Assembly: GCA_048885865.1 (NCBI GenBank)
Contig: JBHLLF010000001.1
Coordinates: 128,001 to 192,000 of the forward strand
DNA length: 64,000 bases
From: Candidatus Hermodarchaeota archaeon
GTDB taxonomy: Archaea; Asgardarchaeota; Thorarchaeia; Thorarchaeales; Thorarchaeaceae
Reading direction: 5' to 3'
Positions within the stretch are counted from its first letter, which is position 1, and the number at the start of each line of letters is the position of its first letter. Below the pieces are notes generated by a model. That model was not told where the DNA came from. It worked only from the letters and a program-made list of their open reading frames with translations, and did no database searches. Made by a program: the position numbers and the translations under genes. Shown here in pieces: positions 1 through 9,254 of this stretch.

Positions 1-270
1 GGTAATGTCAAGGGAACGAAAAACAAGCTTTTCAAGGGTTTGACCGAGCACGATGTTCTCACATTTGAAGAGGAGAAGATGCGCTTCCAGAGAAGAATGG
101 GGAGAAAAGTCACAGATCTTGAGTTCCTACGACATCTGCTGATGTCTGCGTCTCGTCCATTGATATCTGTGAAAGAAGGATTATCCGAAGGATATCTGGC
201 GGGCAGCCGACCCATCTACGATAAAAGTGATACAATTCTTTCACGTTATCGGGAGCAGGCCAAGGACTAA
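1..270 (+). CDS. Hypothetical protein, 5'-truncated by window edge
   Basis: Frame is open from base 1 (GNVKGTKNKLFKGLTEHD...) to TAA at 268-270; no recognisable motif. Confidence 0.55.
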   Translation, partial: GNVKGTKNKLFKGLTEHDVLTFEEEKMRFQRRMGRKVTDLEFLRHLLMSASRPLISVKEGLSEGYLAGSRPIYDKSDTILSRYREQAKD

Positions 271-288
271 TTCAAAAAAGATAGGAAC

Positions 289-1872
289 TCATTGTCCATA
301 GAAGCGTGCAAGGAATTCCTTGAAGTAGGGGCACAAGCTTCCCATCCAGTATAGATTGCCAAAGCATTCCTTGGCTAATGCCTTTCGCTCAACGCGACAC
401 TCAAAGTTTCTCTCGCCGTCAAAGAACACGCATAGGTCGCTTTCAATGCTTGAGTCGTCGTATATCCTTCTCCGGACCTCTCTCATCAAATCTGAGTCAC
501 TCGAGCTAAGCCAGTCCTCTGATTTGCCCATCAGCTCTTCAACCGACTTGACAATCTTTGAATCTGGCTCCTCTTCCTTTGCCCACTGAGTCACGAGTAC
601 ACTCATATCGGCATTGAAAGCAGAGAGTGGCCATCCAATGTCATCAGAGACCTCCCTAGCGCGCTTATAGAAGGTGATTGCATCATCGTACTCCCCGGTG
701 AGGAAATGAGCATCTGCTGTCAAGAAGAGCGCAAGGACAAGAAATGACTTCATGCCAGCATCTTCTGCTAGCTTGATGGATTTTTCATAGAGGTCTGAGG
801 CCTCAGCGATGTTCCCCTTCCTAAGCTCGACATCACCTAGATTAGCTGTTGCAGTTGCGATTCCTATAACATACTCGGCTTCTTGGCTGATTTCCAGAGC
901 TCGTCGGTTGTAGGTCTCCATTTGATCAATTTGACCTAGCGCCCTATCAATTTCTCCAACATTGATTAGTGTCTTAGCGAGGCCTACCTGGTTGTTCAGC
1001 TGCTGCTGAATTATGAGCAGCTCCTCGAATGTATCCCTTGCATCTTGAAGCTGTCCAATGTCTAGGAGGATGACTCCCTCTGTGTTCTTGGCGTCAGCCA
1101 AACCTGCCAAATAACCCATATTCTCGTATTTATTAATAGCCATAGCAATCAGTGTCTTGGCACGTTCGTATTCGTACCTCTCCTCCAAGATTCTGGCACG
1201 ATTATAGGTAATATCTGTCAATGCCAGTTGATGATTTAGGTGTCTAGCCGTATCTTCTGCGGAATCAAGGCGTATGGATGCCTCTTCGCGTGAGATTGCA
1301 ATGCTTGCGATGTAGGCCTGTATGATTCTTGCCCTCAAGAGAGCAGCCTGTACATTTGTTCTGATATCTTGATTCTTAGAGGATTCCTTAGTAACTCTCT
1401 CGATACTCTCAGAAGCGACCTGCATAGCATGATCGGTATAACCCAAATCAATGAGGACAGCTGAGAGTTCTCCGGATAGCTCTGCAAATACGACATAGTC
1501 CTTTGCTTGCCATGCTTGATTTGTGATGTTTCTGAGATTATTCAACCACCGAGGATCAAGGCTCTGTCTGCAATACGATGAGGCGGCATACCCTTTGCAT
1601 GCAAGATTGGAAGTGCCTCTGGCCAGTACCTGATTGAATCCATACTTGCCTCTGAGATAGCTTGCCTTGGCACACATTGCCAGAAATGCATCGCTTCGAT
1701 TCTTCCATTCACCACTCCCTATAAATTCGAGGAGCACATCAGTAAATTGCATAAAGGGATCCTTATCGGTTCTACGTTCTGCTATCATTCGGCTTTCGAG
1801 CTGTTCAATCTCAGAGGGCTCAAGCCCCTGAGAATACATCATGAACTCGGGTATTATTGGATTCGTTGTCAA
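289..1872 (-). CDS. Tetratricopeptide repeat protein
   Basis: Successive ~40-aa TPR units (e.g. LAKTLINVGEIDRALGQIDQMETYNRRALEI, IATATANLGDVELRKGNIAEASDLYEKSIKL); Cys-containing C-terminus. Confidence 0.85.
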   Translation of the reverse strand: MTTNPIIPEFMMYSQGLEPSEIEQLESRMIAERRTDKDPFMQFTDVLLEFIGSGEWKNRSDAFLAMCAKASYLRGKYGFNQVLARGTSNLACKGYAASSYCRQSLDPRWLNNLRNITNQAWQAKDYVVFAELSGELSAVLIDLGYTDHAMQVASESIERVTKESSKNQDIRTNVQAALLRARIIQAYIASIAISREEASIRLDSAEDTARHLNHQLALTDITYNRARILEERYEYERAKTLIAMAINKYENMGYLAGLADAKNTEGVILLDIGQLQDARDTFEELLIIQQQLNNQVGLAKTLINVGEIDRALGQIDQMETYNRRALEISQEAEYVIGIATATANLGDVELRKGNIAEASDLYEKSIKLAEDAGMKSFLVLALFLTADAHFLTGEYDDAITFYKRAREVSDDIGWPLSAFNADMSVLVTQWAKEEEPDSKIVKSVEELMGKSEDWLSSSDSDLMREVRRRIYDDSSIESDLCVFFDGERNFECRVERKALAKECFGNLYWMGSLCPYFKEFLARFYGQ

Positions 1873-2016
1873 TGTGTATTATTCTCCGCTCGTAAAGCAA
1901 AGGCTCCCTGCGTGCATCCTTATGCAAGGCTCAGCAGACCTTGTCAAAAGGCTTCTAAGAAAACTGCCCGCAGAGTTATCAACACGCTGAATTACTTTTA
2001 TCTCATCCTATCATGT

Positions 2017-2412
2017 CTAGGAGGAGGCTCGAAGCCTGCTGTCTGGTGCTACCTTCTTGATTAACTCAATCAAGTCGTACATACTGAATGGCTTTTGCAG
2101 GTATGCTCGCGCCCCTGCTGCCAAGATGGTTTCTGTGTACCCTTCTACAAGGTCCGATATCGCTATGATTGACAGTGCGGAATCAATATCCAGCAAATCC
2201 TCTACTAGTCGAATGTTATCATCATCAGCGAGTTCCAAATCCAATATAACCACATCAGGGTTCTTCTTCAAGCAGGAAACAATAAGGTCAGTTCGGTTGG
2301 TAACTTCATCAACTACTGTGAGTCCGGCATCTTCTATTGCCATCTTCAATAGGACTCTTAGGAAGGGAACATCTCCCGCAATTATCACACTCAAGGCGGA
2401 CTCAGCCGTCAA
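2017..2412 (-). CDS. Stand-alone response-regulator receiver (atypical acidic pocket)
   Basis: VVILDL phospho-Asp and YLQKPF motifs; N-terminal IIAGD instead of IIDD. Confidence 0.85.
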   Translation of the reverse strand: MTAESALSVIIAGDVPFLRVLLKMAIEDAGLTVVDEVTNRTDLIVSCLKKNPDVVILDLELADDDNIRLVEDLLDIDSALSIIAISDLVEGYTETILAAGARAYLQKPFSMYDLIELIKKVAPDSRLRASS

Positions 2413-2459
2413 TTGCAGCCACCTCTCCTAAAACGTTTAGGCTACTCACGATCTGAACC

Positions 2460-2822
2460 TCAGTCGGATACCGCTTTCTCAACTAGATCAAGCATATGTC
2501 GTATTGTAACCGGCTTCAGACCAAACGAGCGTGCTCCCCCGTTTAGCGCCTGTTCACGTACATTGGCATCCGCACTGATGAAAACTATCTTGGCACTTGG
2601 CTCGATTTCAAGTATGTCTTTCATTGCATCCAGGCCGTCGCGATTGGGCATTCTGTGGTCGAGAATAATAACTTCCGGCTTGGGGTTCATGTCTCTGTAT
2701 TTCACAACAGCTTCTTCACCATCGAATGCGTCTGCGATTACTTGATGTCCCTTGATCGCAAAGACGTCCTTGTAGAGCCTGTGCAAAATGGCTTCGTCGT
2801 CGATGATGAATATGCTGACCAT
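2460..2822 (-). CDS. CheY-like stand-alone response regulator
   Basis: IIDDE, IILDHRMP, FISA and LKPV motifs; start reassigned to MVSIF at 2822. Confidence 0.9.
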   Translation of the reverse strand: MVSIFIIDDEAILHRLYKDVFAIKGHQVIADAFDGEEAVVKYRDMNPKPEVIILDHRMPNRDGLDAMKDILEIEPSAKIVFISADANVREQALNGGARSFGLKPVTIRHMLDLVEKAVSD

Positions 2823-4075
2823 TGTGCTCGTGCCTACCTTTCGATGTCTTGAACTCTGTGGATGCATCCCTTTCCTCTCTCAACATAAGGAACAGGGCTA
2901 ACTCACTATAGTGATAAGTTAGTCTCCTCCTTGGCGTTATAAATGATATTGGTGCTGGTCTGCATTTGTAGAGTACTAGGCTCAGCCTCAATTGGATTTG
3001 CCCTTAAATCTAGGGGTATGACGCACTTCAGTTTTGGGGATTTCCGCCTCAAATTAGACTATCATCACGTTGTCAGATCGAATTCTTGCCCACTTTTTCA
3101 CTATCCACTCACTATCAATTCTACACTCAGACATTGCCGATTTATGGAAGAGTTTTTCTTTTTATCTAATTCACAGCATGTCGAAATATATCAATAATTA
3201 TCTATGCTATTGTTCCGCATATGCAATAATATTATATGATATGATGAGGAATACTTCGAACTGTCCCTAGCATCAAGGGACATACTTCCATTTGGTCTGA
3301 TGCTATTGCTGGATCTGACCCTTGGAACTCTATTGCCGAGGGCATGATTTTTCTGTATTCGTTTTCTGAATACGCCGGTACACTCTACCCCCTGATGTGG
3401 TCGGAAGCTATACTCACTTATCGTGTACTGCTACCCTTTTCCGAGGATAATCAGGGTTATTTCGTATTCTTTTTCTGCCATAGACGATATAACACAGTTT
3501 CTGAGTATACGTTGATGTGGACAAGGACGGGTACCTATGCAAATGTGTGTTCCCAAAATAGCCGACGAGGCTTCATCTCAATGCATTGATATGAACTAGA
3601 CTTGGAATCATCATGCCGCATACATCCTAATAATGGTAGAAAATATGCCGATATGAGGTAATATTTTAATTTATAATAAATATCAAATATTATCGCTAAT
3701 GGTTATTGCAAAAAGATGTTTAACAAGTCACTCACAAAATAACAATTGGCGAAAAATCGAAGAAATGGTCGAAAATTGGAAAATCTCGTTGCATGCTGGC
3801 GAAACTGCATCATTGAAGAAGAACCGTTCTCTGGCTCCATAGTCTGCGTTATCCTATAGGATTTGAATATCCATGTGATCAGAGAACTTGTTGCTAATCT
3901 TTGATAGTATAATCAGCAATACACGCTGGATGATGATTGATTATACACAGTAAATGCAAGCTGCCATGTATTACAAAATCCAAAATAGTATCTTTCATAC
4001 CATAGTTACGTACACGTTTAGCCTTAGTGCCGTTGTGCGAATCACTGGTAATCTCTCCTACTCTCTCTCCAAAGC

Positions 4076-4227
4076 AGGAAGTGCGGGACAAGAAAAATGC
4101 TTACTCCAACAACTCCCCAAACCCAAGCGTGTACCGGCAAGTACTCTTGACAGGAGTGCTCCAATCAACCTGCCCTGGCAAAACACAACCCCAATCCGTC
4201 GAAGCGGTCGGTACACGCTCACTTCCT
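4076..4227 (+). ncRNA. Candidate structured non-coding RNA, family unknown
   Basis: Nested helices AGGAAGTG(4076-83)/CACTTCCT(4220-27) and AGCGTGTACCG(4126-36)/CGGTACACGCT(4209-19), enclosing hairpins whose G-U pairs favour the + strand; intergenic. Confidence 0.4.
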
Positions 4228-4336
4228 CTCAATACGCCCCTCTTCGAAATCAACGTTTACTAATTCTTGTCAGTACACATATTGTTGCGCATCGGCAATT
4301 GTTATCAAGGAGGAGGCTTGTTAGTCTTCCCTTGAG

Positions 4337-5536
4337 ATGGACAACGATACCGATGTACTCATCATAGGAGCAGGGCCTGCTGGTCTTTCAGCTGCAAAGC
4401 AACTAGCTCTGATGGACATACCCTATATTCTGATACATCGTGAGAGATATCCTTGTGAAAGAAAAGCCTGTGGCGGTTTTATTCCCCAGAGAGCGCTAGT
4501 AAGATTTGGAATCAAGGATTTTTCTGGTGCACATCCGGTAGAAGCAGTAAGGATGAGATTTCCAGGCACCGATTCCACGATTGTAGAGTTTGATGAGGAA
4601 ATTGGCGTCAATGCAACTAGATATGACATAGGGCAAGCTCAATTATCATCTATCAACCGGACAGAATGCATTTGGCCAGGAACTGAAGCTGTCCATGTTG
4701 ACATCACAGCAGAAGGATGTCACACAACTATCATCAGAGATGAACAATCAGCGGCGGTATCCTCAGAGATAGTCATCGACGCCAGTGGAGTCAATCCGAT
4801 TACTCAGCGTTTTGTACCAATAAGAGATAGGATTCCTAACACATCAATGGGATATGCAGTACAATACCAGATGAGGCTCGGATCTGATTCCGAGGAATTG
4901 AGAGGAGTCAATGATTTCATCTATGGCAGTGATTACTCCCCAGGCGGCTATGCATGGGCGTTTCCCAGAGGGAACGAGGTCGCCGTCGGCACTGGGGGGC
5001 TCATAGCAAGGGTACGGAGCGGAGGGAAGCGAGTCGAAGAATACCTGAAGCATCTATTGAATTCATTTGAACCGCTAAGGAGTCAACTCGAAGGTGCAAC
5101 CAAATTAAGGCGGGAGTCTGCACTCATGCCTCTGGCTGGTATAATACGTCCCTCCTATGCCAAAAGACTGATGCTTGCTGGCGACGCGGCGGGACATTGC
5201 TCACCCATCACTGGAGAAGGAATCTTCTATTCCATGGTTGCAGGTGAGTTAGCTGCATCAACCGCGCGGGATGCGATTAAAGCAGACGACTTCAGAGCGA
5301 CGCAACTCGCAGCTTATGAGAAAAGGTGGACCAGGGTGTTTGGATCCGATTTAAGATGGGGCCTTTGGCTCCAAAAAAGGTTCCTTAGCGATGGCACAAA
5401 ATCAATCGGCACGGCCTTTCTTAAATCAAAGCATGCCAAGAAGGTAATAGCAGAAATGCTTCTTGGAGTGAGATCTGTAAGAAGTGCCATCACTGGCATA
5501 GCACCTAGGTACATCCTTTCGAAGCTCGGGATTTGA
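4337..5536 (+). CDS. Geranylgeranyl reductase family FAD oxidoreductase
   Basis: IIGAGPAG Rossmann motif, KACGG, GGYAWAFP, LAGDAAG...PITGEGI. Confidence 0.9.
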   Translation: MDNDTDVLIIGAGPAGLSAAKQLALMDIPYILIHRERYPCERKACGGFIPQRALVRFGIKDFSGAHPVEAVRMRFPGTDSTIVEFDEEIGVNATRYDIGQAQLSSINRTECIWPGTEAVHVDITAEGCHTTIIRDEQSAAVSSEIVIDASGVNPITQRFVPIRDRIPNTSMGYAVQYQMRLGSDSEELRGVNDFIYGSDYSPGGYAWAFPRGNEVAVGTGGLIARVRSGGKRVEEYLKHLLNSFEPLRSQLEGATKLRRESALMPLAGIIRPSYAKRLMLAGDAAGHCSPITGEGIFYSMVAGELAASTARDAIKADDFRATQLAAYEKRWTRVFGSDLRWGLWLQKRFLSDGTKSIGTAFLKSKHAKKVIAEMLLGVRSVRSAITGIAPRYILSKLGI

Positions 5537-5771
5537 TGCAGAGATTTCTGCTTCTTCATGGTGAGCCGCTTTCGGCGTTGGTTCTCTTTAAGATAGATGC
5601 AGGATCTGTCCTTCTAAATCAGTACTATATTCCCTAAGGTACTATACCGAATTGCTGACAGTTCTTTATTTGATGGTTTGACATAGGTATAGTAGCTAAC
5701 CATTTGAATTTACAAATCGCTAGCTGGTTAGGAAATGAAACTTGCTATAAATCCCGGAGAATGAGAGAGGT

Positions 5772-6542
5772 ATGACGGAGTCGCACAGCGGCTACTCGGC
5801 TAGTCGTTCATCGCGTCCGATAGATCGTATTATGGTCTTGGTATGCGCGATGTTCGTCTTTGCGCTGTGCACCAATTTCAGTGCAGCAGCACAGAATCCA
5901 AACCTCTTGGACCAGATGGAAGCCGACCTCAATGACCTCTCTGCCAAAGCCATCTCTTGGTCGGTAGTTTCTGAGATAAATAATGACAACATAGCTCTTA
6001 TTGACAATATTGAACTAGGGTCGGAAAATGCTCATTGGGTCCTTGAACCAGAAGACGGATACATTGAGATAACTGACTACTACCTACCTGAAGGAGATAT
6101 ACCCCTCTGCATTGACCAAGCCTGGCTTGATCAATTCTATGTGGTCGTTCATGTATATGGCGGCTACGAACTCCTTGAGATGGGTCTGTGGTTAGAACAG
6201 AAGGATGTTTGGTACCGCATCGACATCGTGCTCCTTGATTGGCGCGAAGGATGCGGTGAAGACTGGTATGTATTTGGTCTGGCACTACCGGATGGAGTGG
6301 AGAAGTATAGCTTTGATGCGAACAACTTCCCAGAAGTAAGTCCACCATTCGAACTATGGCATGATCCAGACTATGATGACCTACAGAAGGAGATTAATGT
6401 TTACTTCCACAGCCTATGGACAGGCTGTGACTTACCGGCCCAGGAGTTCACGATTTCCTTAGTTCATTGGTCAATAAGAGCTGTGTGTCGCCTCTTCTGG
6501 CGACACCCACTGATTTTTGATGGCTATTCAAACTATAGCTGA
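5772..6542 (+). CDS. Hypothetical secreted/surface protein
   Basis: Signal-peptide-like hydrophobic N-terminus ending SAAA-Q; acidic, aromatic-rich body. Confidence 0.6.
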   Translation: MTESHSGYSASRSSRPIDRIMVLVCAMFVFALCTNFSAAAQNPNLLDQMEADLNDLSAKAISWSVVSEINNDNIALIDNIELGSENAHWVLEPEDGYIEITDYYLPEGDIPLCIDQAWLDQFYVVVHVYGGYELLEMGLWLEQKDVWYRIDIVLLDWREGCGEDWYVFGLALPDGVEKYSFDANNFPEVSPPFELWHDPDYDDLQKEINVYFHSLWTGCDLPAQEFTISLVHWSIRAVCRLFWRHPLIFDGYSNYS

Positions 6543-7936
6543 AATTCTCTGTAAGCAAGTGCCGCTTCTTCAGCTAACGCAGAAATTCGATTGTGGGGAC
6601 TTTCCAGCGCCTCCCTTAATATTTCCTGGGCAAGATCCACAGGAAGTCTCATGACATTGGATACGATCTCAAGTCCCACTTCTTCTTCCGGGTCCTTAAT
6701 CAACTGAAAGAATAACTCCCTTGTGTCATTGTCATGTAATTCGATGAGTATTCTCGCAAGGTCTTTTCTGACACTAGGGATTTTACTATTGGCTAGCACC
6801 ATAAGTGCTGATTTCGTGCTTCTTTGTCTTTGCTTCACTGATATTGCAGACGACATCATTTCAGCGAGCTCAATTGAATCCGCCTCTGATGGGTCGCTGA
6901 CTGATATGGGCGATTCAAAAGCATTCAATCTCGCCAACCCTCGAGCCGCTAGCGCACGTTCAGATCGTACTTTCGAATCCAAGAGCGTGTTCAAGATATC
7001 TTCGGATGCAGGGTCTCTTGTGTTGACTAATATGTCAATAATAACTCCTTGATGGTGGATGGTCATCATCGGCTGTAAGGCAATGAGATTTCTGTTGTAG
7101 TGCCGAGTTCGAAGACTTTTGATCTCTTTCAGGAGCGCTAGCTGAGTCAGACCACGAGAGCCTCCTTCTTCTTCTATTCCTTGAATCGAGGCATCCAGCC
7201 GCCTTATAGCTTCTATCTCATCTCTGGGTTGCTTTTCCAACGCAAATACTGTTGAATGAGGGAGTGCTTCGTCAATCCATTTTACATAGTCATACCAGTC
7301 ATCCGGAGGAATCTCTTCGGACATTGATTCTGGCTCAAATCCAAGGCCAGCAAGAATACTGGCTATTTCAGTCCACACCTCCTTGTCAACCACTGTTCCG
7401 ATTTCTGATTCTGAAAATGTTTGGAGTATAGATTTGCCATACTTGGTATTTCGAAGATGACCGATATAGTATAGCTGTCTAGCAGATGTCAGCGTGTGTT
7501 TTCTTGTAAAGGGAACCTTGCAGTCTCTGATTTCTTGAATTCGTTTCTCCAAAATTTCGGGTAAGAAAATCGAATAAGGTGATGATGCAGCCCTTTCAAC
7601 TCTTACCGCGCCTGAATTGAATTGCCGAGATTGAGATTCAAAGAGGGTGTGAACATATTCAAACGTCAATTGAATGGCTGTATTCCTAGTTCGGATACCT
7701 TTCACGATATCAATAAGGTCGTATGATGGTATCTCCAATGCACAATAAATCGGGTCTATCGCAAGGAAATTTGCCACATGATCGCGTATCCTTAGGTCTC
7801 GATTCTCTCTAAAAGCAGAATAGAGTGATTCCTTCAACTCTAGTATATTCTCTTCCCTCACAAATTCCAACAATAGGTTCGAGCTACTGTGAAAATCAAA
7901 CCTGCTAATCGCAGCCAGTAACTCAGTAATACTCAA
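6533..7936 (-). CDS. HEAT-repeat protein with uncharacterised N-terminal domain
   Basis: C-terminal PBS/HEAT-like units (LLDSKVRSERALAARGL, LANSKIPSVRKDLARIL, LIKDPEEEVGLEIV). Confidence 0.75.
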   Translation of the reverse strand: MSITELLAAISRFDFHSSSNLLLEFVREENILELKESLYSAFRENRDLRIRDHVANFLAIDPIYCALEIPSYDLIDIVKGIRTRNTAIQLTFEYVHTLFESQSRQFNSGAVRVERAASSPYSIFLPEILEKRIQEIRDCKVPFTRKHTLTSARQLYYIGHLRNTKYGKSILQTFSESEIGTVVDKEVWTEIASILAGLGFEPESMSEEIPPDDWYDYVKWIDEALPHSTVFALEKQPRDEIEAIRRLDASIQGIEEEGGSRGLTQLALLKEIKSLRTRHYNRNLIALQPMMTIHHQGVIIDILVNTRDPASEDILNTLLDSKVRSERALAARGLARLNAFESPISVSDPSEADSIELAEMMSSAISVKQRQRSTKSALMVLANSKIPSVRKDLARILIELHDNDTRELFFQLIKDPEEEVGLEIVSNVMRLPVDLAQEILREALESPHNRISALAEEAALAYREFQL

Positions 7937-8038
7937 GGTCAGCTCACTAAAACTCTATGACTGAGTAGGGTATATGTAGATGTTCCTGGCCGCTCCGGCC
8001 AGCAACAACTCCATACTTGTATTAGTTTCAAAGTTCGT

Positions 8039-8311
8039 CTAGGATCCCGTGCCCTTCATTTTGTGCACGATAAAGCATTTTTTTCGGTACGCCTCATCGT
8101 CCAAGTTGTTAATGAAGTTCTCGAGCTTTTTGACCCGTGTGAACTCCTCATGGATACCGAGGTCTCTCACAGAAATCATTGCTTTCTTCTTCTCGATTCG
8201 AACGTAGACCCCACCGAGGCCCACTGAGTGCTTCATATATACTGGATCCTCTTGGTTCTTAACTCGATAGAATCCCTGTCTTCTCAACATTCGTGTGACC
8301 ATGTTCATCAT
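8039..8311 (-). CDS. Small basic hypothetical protein
   Basis: 90 aa ORF with upstream GGAGG. Confidence 0.7.
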   Translation of the reverse strand: MMNMVTRMLRRQGFYRVKNQEDPVYMKHSVGLGGVYVRIEKKKAMISVRDLGIHEEFTRVKKLENFINNLDDEAYRKKCFIVHKMKGTGS

Positions 8312-8686
8312 AGCTGTCTAGCCCTCCCGGCGGCTGACAGTTTCTCAGTAAACGCACACCTTAATATAAAGCCATAAGGTGGAAATAGTACACGTTTGTT
8401 CAGCATGTGCATAATGAGATGTACAAATTCATAAAAGAAATTAAAATATATGCACAAATTACCGATTTCAAATCCATATATGCACAAGAATCGATTTGTA
8501 TGCCATTATAGCTTCCAACGCGCCAAATGAAAATATTACGTGTACGAAATGTTCCGAGCTACCTTTGCTGTCAACGCGAAACGTTTACGACGTATTTGAC
8601 CACTATCCCTCCAAGAACTCCGCTATTTTTGCTATAGTCAATGAAGACAATGCTTAAAACTGAGGCAAAGAAGTCGGGCTGCGACT

Positions 8687-9253
8687 GTGGGAATAATCAT
8701 GGATCTCTGGAGTGACTTCATAGGTTTCTTCACAGGTATTCTTGAGCCTGTAGCCAGCCCTCCATTTAGTGCTGTATTCATTTTGATTGTTAGTGTATCC
8801 CTTGCACTTATCGCATCTTGGGCAACCATGCGGTTCAGCAATGTTGAGCAGACAAAGGAGAACATGAAAGAAATCTCTGAATGGAGAAAGAAGCTTGATG
8901 AAGCGCGGAAGACAATGGACCCTATGCTTCTCCAGGAAGTCCAGGATCAGCAGGCAAGAATCATGCGCCTAAATGCTGAGCTGATGAGCTCGCGATGCAA
9001 ACCCATGTGCATCTATTACATCCCGTTCATAATCATCTTTGGAATACTCAACGCATTGTACGCTAATGTCCCGGTTGCAATCCTCCCCTTCAATGCACAG
9101 AAATTGCTCCCATTTATTGACCCAATGTTGGGAACCAATATCGCTGGAGGAGGCTTCGGACTCTGGTTCTGGCCATGGTATCTCTTAGCAAGCCTTGGCC
9201 TAGGAAACCTCATTCGCAAATTCCTAGGCGTTGGCGTTGAGCTCGGAATGTAA
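8687..9253 (+). CDS. EMC3/TMCO1 (DUF106) Oxa1-superfamily membrane insertase
   Basis: TM1, cytosolic coiled coil, KPM..IPF TM2, WYLLAS TM3. Confidence 0.85.
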   Translation: MGIIMDLWSDFIGFFTGILEPVASPPFSAVFILIVSVSLALIASWATMRFSNVEQTKENMKEISEWRKKLDEARKTMDPMLLQEVQDQQARIMRLNAELMSSRCKPMCIYYIPFIIIFGILNALYANVPVAILPFNAQKLLPFIDPMLGTNIAGGGFGLWFWPWYLLASLGLGNLIRKFLGVGVELGM

Positions 9254-9254
9254 A

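Noticed and set aside
4076-4240. RNase P, SRP or 5S RNA
   Set aside because: A GAGGAAG is present on the minus strand, but the P4 partner, SRP helix-8 motif and expected lengths are absent
2943-4367. Several 60-140 aa ORFs in the long intergenic region
   Set aside because: Atypical composition, no SD and no motifs; likely spurious
8687-9253. EMC3/TMCO1 protein as a novel eukaryotic signature
   Set aside because: DUF106 is widespread in archaea; only its location away from ribosomal-protein genes is mildly notable
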